DNA of 64,000 bases from an uncultured Gemmatimonadales bacterium (lineage in GTDB: Bacteria > Gemmatimonadota > Gemmatimonadetes > Gemmatimonadales > GWC2-71-9). The notes beneath the pieces are model-generated. The model ran no database searches. It worked only from the letters and a program-made list of their open reading frames with translations, and was not told the DNA's origin. Made by a program: the position numbers and the translations under genes. Location of the stretch: assembly GCA_963779755.1 (NCBI GenBank), contig CAVZZO010000001.1, positions 640,001 to 704,000 of the forward strand, written 5' to 3'. Of the stretch, positions 58,927 to 64,000 are shown piece by piece (position 1 is the first letter of the stretch; the number at the start of each line of letters is the position of its first letter).

Positions 58927-59915
58927 TGCACCACGATGGTGCCGCGCATGCCGGTGGTCTGCTGGCCTGCCAGGCCGCCGTGAATGGTGCAGATGTACTG
59001 GTAGGTACCCGGGGTGTTGAAGGTGACGGGCCCGTAGCTGAACGGCGCGTTCCGCGTGGCGCTCGACGCGAAGGAGGGTGCCAGCACCGATGTCACGTTG
59101 TGGCTCTGGCCGTTCCAGTTCCAGGTGACCGTGCCCCCGGCCGCGATGGTGGCCACCTGGGGGGAGAAGGAGTTGTTGTTCACCTGGATGGTCACCGCCG
59201 TGGGCGGCGGCGGGGTAACGCTGCCCGTCGCCGCGAAGGTGAGCGGGGAGCCTGCCAGCCCGGCGGCCGAGGCCTGGAGGGTGTTCGGACCGGCCGTGCC
59301 GCCCAGCATCCAGGCGGTGGCCGCGAGTCCCTGCTGGTTACTGGCCGTCGTGGCGGGATTCACCGAGCCGCCGCCGCCGGTGACAGTCCACTGTACCGAC
59401 GCGCCGCTCACCGGATTGCCGAACTGGTCCGTCACCCGCGCCACGATGAGCTGCGGGAGGATCGAGCCGGTGCGGGCGGTCTGCGCATCGCCGGACGACT
59501 TGACGAGTGCGATGGGGGGCCCGGGTTGGGCGGTCGCCGTGAAGCCCGCCGGCGAGCCGCCGGCGCCCGGCACGATGGCCTGTGCCGTCTGCAGGCCAGC
59601 CGCCTGCCCCAGGGTCCACCGCGTGCTCGCGGTGCCGTCATCCGCCGTGGTCGAGCTGGCCGGGTTCAGGATTGCACCGACGCCCGTGGTTCTCCACTGC
59701 ACCGTGATCCCCGCTTCGGGGGTGCCGTCCCGCGTCACCAGGACCTGGAGCGCCTGGGCGAGCGGTTGCCCCGCCGTCCCGGTCTGGGCGTTACCGCTTT
59801 GGGCTGTCCTGGCCACCTGCTCACTCGGCCCGGGGCCGGAGGAGCCGTCGCCGCCACAGGCACTCGCCAGCAGGGCAAATCCCGCGGCGGCCGTCATCAA
59901 TCTGCGCGATATCAT
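58923..59915 (-). CDS. Lipoprotein with two Ig-like (Big_1) domains and a C-terminal cupredoxin domain
   Basis: LASAC; SGNAQTG/SGDAQT repeats; HNV..YICTIH..M copper ligands. Confidence 0.85.
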   Translation of the reverse strand: MISRRLMTAAAGFALLASACGGDGSSGPGPSEQVARTAQSGNAQTGTAGQPLAQALQVLVTRDGTPEAGITVQWRTTGVGAILNPASSTTADDGTASTRWTLGQAAGLQTAQAIVPGAGGSPAGFTATAQPGPPIALVKSSGDAQTARTGSILPQLIVARVTDQFGNPVSGASVQWTVTGGGGSVNPATTASNQQGLAATAWMLGGTAGPNTLQASAAGLAGSPLTFAATGSVTPPPPTAVTIQVNNNSFSPQVATIAAGGTVTWNWNGQSHNVTSVLAPSFASSATRNAPFSYGPVTFNTPGTYQYICTIHGGLAGQQTTGMRGTIVVQ

Positions 59916-59991
59916 GTCACACCTCTTCGCAGTTCGAATGTTCCTGTGTGGCCGGCCTTTGCCGGCGCGAAAACCGATTGTGCCGGGCCCC

Positions 59992-61059
59992 TCAGTACAG
60001 GGGCAGGCCCGGAGGTTTGGGCCAGAATGCCACGCTCCAGAGGAGATTGTGCCCCGTGAGCTGGAGCCGGATCCTCGGTTCCGGCGCGCCGGACTGGAGC
60101 AGGCTTGCCCGGTCGAACTCCCTGAGACTTCCCTCGCCCCCGGCCACCCAGAGATTGCCGGCGCTGTCGAAGGCGAGGGCGACCGGCAGATTGAGCGATT
60201 CCTCTCTTGAGGAGAGCACGACGTGGGGTGCCGGGTCGCCGCCGCCGGCCAGCTGTGCCGGCGTGAAGGCAAGGATGTCGGGCCCGCCGCTGTTGGCGAT
60301 CCACAGATTCCCCGCGGCGTCGAAGGCCATCCCCGCGGGGAAGGCCAGCCCGTTCGCCCCGGTGAGAACGTGAACTCCGGCCGGCGCGCCCGAAGCCTCG
60401 AGCTGGTCGGCGGCGTAGCGGGAAATGGTGTGAAACTCGTGATCCGAGACCCAGAGCGATCCGGCGGCATCGAAGGCGAGGGCCGTCGGCGTGCCGGGTA
60501 CAGCCAGGCAGACGGCCGGCGTTCGCACGCCGTCGCCGGTCAGCTGCGTCCGGTCGAAACGCACCACGGTGCCCGCCTCGTTGTTGGCGGCCCAGAGCCG
60601 GTGTTGGGCGTCGAAGGCGAGACCGGTGGGGTTATCCAGACACCTGCCGGCAGACCGGATCACGGTGGAGGCGGTGCGCTCCCCCGGGCGCGCCAGCGCC
60701 GCCGGCGCGAAGCCCAGCAGCAGACTGTCGTCCCGGCTCGCCACCCACAGCGTGCCGTCCTGATCGAACGCGATCGCCGCCACGGCCAGGCGCGGTGCGC
60801 TGGGAGTGGTGATCACCGTGGCCGGGATGGCCCCGCCGGAGGCGGTCAACTGCCCTGGAGCCAGCCGCAGAATCGCGGCGGGATCGCCGCTCGCCGTCCA
60901 GAGCCCGGATGCCGGCATGGAATCCTCTACCGGCGGGCGGTCGCCGTGGGACGGGGCCGTGGTGTCCGGCCGGCAGCCCGCCAGCATTGCCAGTTGCAGC
61001 GCCAGCAGGGGCCGGTAGACGGTGGCGCGCGTGGGCGGGCCCTTTCGAATCGAAGTCAT
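59992..61059 (-). CDS. NHL-repeat beta-propeller lipoprotein
   Basis: Five P-x-x-LAFD-x-x-G-x-LW-type repeats. Confidence 0.85.
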   Translation of the reverse strand: MTSIRKGPPTRATVYRPLLALQLAMLAGCRPDTTAPSHGDRPPVEDSMPASGLWTASGDPAAILRLAPGQLTASGGAIPATVITTPSAPRLAVAAIAFDQDGTLWVASRDDSLLLGFAPAALARPGERTASTVIRSAGRCLDNPTGLAFDAQHRLWAANNEAGTVVRFDRTQLTGDGVRTPAVCLAVPGTPTALAFDAAGSLWVSDHEFHTISRYAADQLEASGAPAGVHVLTGANGLAFPAGMAFDAAGNLWIANSGGPDILAFTPAQLAGGGDPAPHVVLSSREESLNLPVALAFDSAGNLWVAGGEGSLREFDRASLLQSGAPEPRIRLQLTGHNLLWSVAFWPKPPGLPLY

Positions 61060-61559
61060 GGAGCGGGTCGGGCGCCGCGCGCCGCCTCGACGGTGGCGCG
61101 GATCTTCGCCAGGTGGTGGTAGCTGTGCCGCAGGGCATGATCTTCCACGAAGAACTGGCAGGTGAGCGGCGCATTGGCATTGAGTGATACCGGGGCCGCC
61201 CGGTCGAGTTGCGCGTCGGTCAGCGCCCGGACCGCGGCGGCGGCGGCCCGGCTGTTGGCCTGCAGGGCCGCGAGCGCCGTCGCCTGGTCCACCCCGGCGT
61301 TCTCGCGCGCGTGTCCGGCATTCACCTGGTGTACGTCATCCCAGGTGACGCCTTCGATCGGCTTCCCCGCGGCGAGCGCCTGGGCCAGCTGGATCTCCAG
61401 GGGATACATGCTCGCCACGTGGTGCACCACTACCCCGACCGACCGGCCGTCGTGCGGAATCCTCAGCTCCCACTCTTCCTGCGTCAGCGAACCGGCATCG
61501 CGGGCGAGTGCGTCGGCGCCGGCCTCGAGCCGGCGGGCGAGTTCATTGCTGCGTGTCAT
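61056..61559 (-). CDS. DinB-like family protein
   Basis: SVGVVVHH..HSYHHLAKI. Confidence 0.8.
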   Translation of the reverse strand: MTRSNELARRLEAGADALARDAGSLTQEEWELRIPHDGRSVGVVVHHVASMYPLEIQLAQALAAGKPIEGVTWDDVHQVNAGHARENAGVDQATALAALQANSRAAAAAVRALTDAQLDRAAPVSLNANAPLTCQFFVEDHALRHSYHHLAKIRATVEAARGARPAP

Positions 61560-61591
61560 GGCGGTTTCTCCTGTAGTGTGCAGTGACGGTG

Positions 61592-62452
61592 TCAGGCGAC
61601 CAACGCCCGCACCTCGAGGTACTCACCGGCCACGACGGTTTCGCCGCGGCCGGCGAGATTGTGTCCGGTGAAGAGCCGCGTCAGCTGTTCGCGGAGTTGC
61701 TGGCGGCCGGCGGGCTCCGCCGCCGCCAGGGTGGTGAGCGTCGGCCCGTAGCAGGTCGCGAAGAGTTCGGTGACCGCGGCCGGGGGCAGGGAGAAGCGGA
61801 GCTGGAGGCTGTGCCGCACACAGGTCAGCTGCCGGACCTGGGGGAGGCGGCAACGCACCACTTCCTCGTCGCCCCACAGCAGCGCGCTGGGCACCCCGGC
61901 CGGGGGCGGCGCCACGGCCGCATGCGCCTCGAACAGCCGGGCGACAAATCCGTCCGGCGTCCAGTTGGCCATCGCGATCCGTCCGCCGGGCCGGGTGACC
62001 CGGAGAAGCTCCGCGGCCGCCCGCTCGGGCCGGTAGGCGAACATCGCGCCGAACATGCTGACGGTGGTGTCGAACTGTCCGTCGGTGTAGGGGAGCGCTT
62101 CGGCGTCGCCCACCTCGAACGCGACCGGCAGGCCCGCCGCGCGCGCTTCGCGCTGCGCCTCCGCGATCAGATTCGGTGCGATGTCCACTCCGGTGACCCG
62201 GGCGCCGGCCCTGGCCGCCGGGATGGCGAGGTTGCCGGTGCCGCAGGCGACATCGAGCACCGCCTCGCCGGGACGAATGCCGAGCCGCTCGATGAACAGG
62301 GCGGCGCCCGCCGCGAAACTCCGGGCGATGGGCAGGAAATCGGCGGCCGACCAGACAGCCCGCGCGCGGGCGGTGAGACGATCCTCAGACCACGCACGCA
62401 GCCGGCCCGTCGTGCCGGGGCTGTCGAGGCAGGGGTTGGGTTCGGACGACAT
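61592..62452 (-). CDS. Class I SAM-dependent methyltransferase
   Basis: VLDVACGTG, GDAEALP, RVTRPGG. Confidence 0.93.
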   Translation of the reverse strand: MSSEPNPCLDSPGTTGRLRAWSEDRLTARARAVWSAADFLPIARSFAAGAALFIERLGIRPGEAVLDVACGTGNLAIPAARAGARVTGVDIAPNLIAEAQREARAAGLPVAFEVGDAEALPYTDGQFDTTVSMFGAMFAYRPERAAAELLRVTRPGGRIAMANWTPDGFVARLFEAHAAVAPPPAGVPSALLWGDEEVVRCRLPQVRQLTCVRHSLQLRFSLPPAAVTELFATCYGPTLTTLAAAEPAGRQQLREQLTRLFTGHNLAGRGETVVAGEYLEVRALVA

Positions 62453-62616
62453 GGGACTCCTCGGTCAAGGCTCGCCAGGCAGCTTTCCTGGGCGCGGACA
62501 GAGTATGTCTGCGCGCTGCGCGGCGACCTATGACTGGCCGTCCGTGTTTGCTGCTCCATCGTACTGGCGAATCGAAGTCTTGTCCGGGAGTCCCGCGGAG
62601 TTGCCTGAGCGTCCCC

Positions 62617-63570
62617 TCAGCCGCGGGTGGTGTGGCGGGATTTGCGCCAGGCGCCGGGCGCCTGGCCGGTGGCCAGCTTGAAGGCGCGGCTGAAGGCGGC
62701 CTCCGAATCGTAGCCGACGTCGGCGGCGATCGCGGCGACCTTGGCGCTTCCCTGCAACAGCAGGTTGGCTGCCACCTGCATGCGCCACCGGGTCAGGTAC
62801 TGCATGGGGGGCTGGCCCACCAGGAGCGTGAACCGTTCGGCCAGCTTGGATCGGGAGGAGGCGACCTCCCGGGCCAGCTCCGCGAGGGTCCAGTGGTCGC
62901 CGGGCCGGCCGTGGAGCATCGCCAGCGCGCGGCCCACGACTTCGTCACGCAACCCGGCGAGCCAGCCGGTCTGCCCCGCGGGGAGCTCATCGAGATAGCG
63001 GCGCAGCAGCTCGATGAACATGAGCTCCGCCAGACGGGTGAGGACGCAATCGGCCCCGGGACGGCCCAGGCGGGCTTCTTCCGTCACCTGCCGGGTGAGG
63101 CCGCCCAGCCAGGCGGTCGGCATCCCGCGCATGTGCATCTGGCGCGGGAGACTGGCGAGCAGGGGATTGAACGGGCGCAGGTCGCAGCCGAGGAAGCCGC
63201 AGACGAAGACGGAGGTGCGGGGGCGGCCCTCGCCCAGAACCACGGTGTTGGGATAGCGGTCGGGGACGTGATATCCCTCGGGACTCGACGGCAGGCCCTG
63301 GGCACTCGACATGACATAACCGTCGCCCTGGGGAAAGACGATGACATCGCCCGCCTCCAGCGCGACCAGGTCGTGCCCGGCGACTCCGCCGAAGGCGCGG
63401 CCCTCGGTCAGGAAATGGTAGGAGATCAGATGTTCCGCACTGGGCAGGATCCGCTTCGAGAGGCGGGTCACCGGCGGCGACTCGACAATCCACGGCTCCG
63501 AGGCTTCGACAGAGTAGAAATAGGCGCCGTCGAGCCGAATCACCCGCAGCACGTCGGACAGGGCATCCAT
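62617..63570 (-). CDS. AraC-family regulator with N-terminal cupin
   Basis: MDALSDVL; WTLAELA..SRS; VGYDSEAAFSRAFK. Confidence 0.94.
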   Translation of the reverse strand: MDALSDVLRVIRLDGAYFYSVEASEPWIVESPPVTRLSKRILPSAEHLISYHFLTEGRAFGGVAGHDLVALEAGDVIVFPQGDGYVMSSAQGLPSSPEGYHVPDRYPNTVVLGEGRPRTSVFVCGFLGCDLRPFNPLLASLPRQMHMRGMPTAWLGGLTRQVTEEARLGRPGADCVLTRLAELMFIELLRRYLDELPAGQTGWLAGLRDEVVGRALAMLHGRPGDHWTLAELAREVASSRSKLAERFTLLVGQPPMQYLTRWRMQVAANLLLQGSAKVAAIAADVGYDSEAAFSRAFKLATGQAPGAWRKSRHTTRG

Positions 63571-63613
63571 GACGCACACTCCCGACCGGTTCCACCGGTT
63601 CGCGACGAAGACC

Positions 63614-64000
63614 CTACCGCCTCGAATACACGCTTCCGTCCAGACTGATGAGTCCGGCGGGCCGGGAGCGGCCGGCGGCGAACAGGGTGTAGCCCCGGCT
63701 GGTACCGTCCGCGAACCGGAGGCGCAAGGTCAGCCCGCGGATCTCATATCGGCCGCGCGCTGCCCCTGTGCGATGGCATAGGCCACCCGGACGACCGGTC
63801 CGCCCTTCGCCGGGGTGACGCGCACGGTAGCAGTGAGGGCGTCCATCCCGATGATCGGCCGCGCCTCGGTGGCACCGCGCTGCAGCACGGTCTCGCCGGG
63901 GAAGGTGAGGCGTCCCTCGAACCATTCCCCAACGCGCGGCCCGCCGGCAGCTGCTCGGCGGGCCAGACGGTGATCAGGAGCAAGTCGCCGCGTTTCAACC
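63614..64000 (-). CDS. 3' end of a hypothetical protein (partial, probably frameshifted)
   Basis: GRYEIRGLTLRLRFADG..ISLDGSVYSRR*; the start lies outside the window. Confidence 0.45.

Noticed and set aside
1..64000. tRNA, rRNA or prophage genes
   Set aside because: None recognisable by eye; a covariance-model scan was not possible.

Overview
High-GC bacterial window. The gene content suggests Gemmatimonadota, but that is inference. Many single-base frameshifts point to long-read assembly errors. The dominant structure is an integron system spanning about 6-52 kb. One intact intI (50807-51784, minus) has its cassette array downstream and co-oriented (inverted-integrase layout), and a Pc-like promoter (TTGTGR-17 bp-TAAGAT) plus attI directly follow its stop codon. 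The same intI 3' tail + Pc + attI module recurs three more times without the rest of the integrase (about 36.9, 23.1 and 7.1 kb), each heading an older array with progressively decayed attC sites. The youngest array holds three copies of a structured ORF-less cassette, two toxin-antitoxin cassettes and an IS30. It also holds a 2.58 kb insertion that splits one attC exactly at a CT dinucleotide. That insertion carries an IS110-family recombinase, a long non-coding end, and an Rhs C-terminal toxin starting at the DPxGL motif with a putative immunity gene. Several families of REP-like palindromes form tandem mosaics and often sit at gene-truncation points. The rest is an RND efflux operon, an ABC-2/HlyD/TetR operon, a Ser/Thr kinase, hydrolases, DHFR-like and VOC proteins, lipoproteins and regulators.
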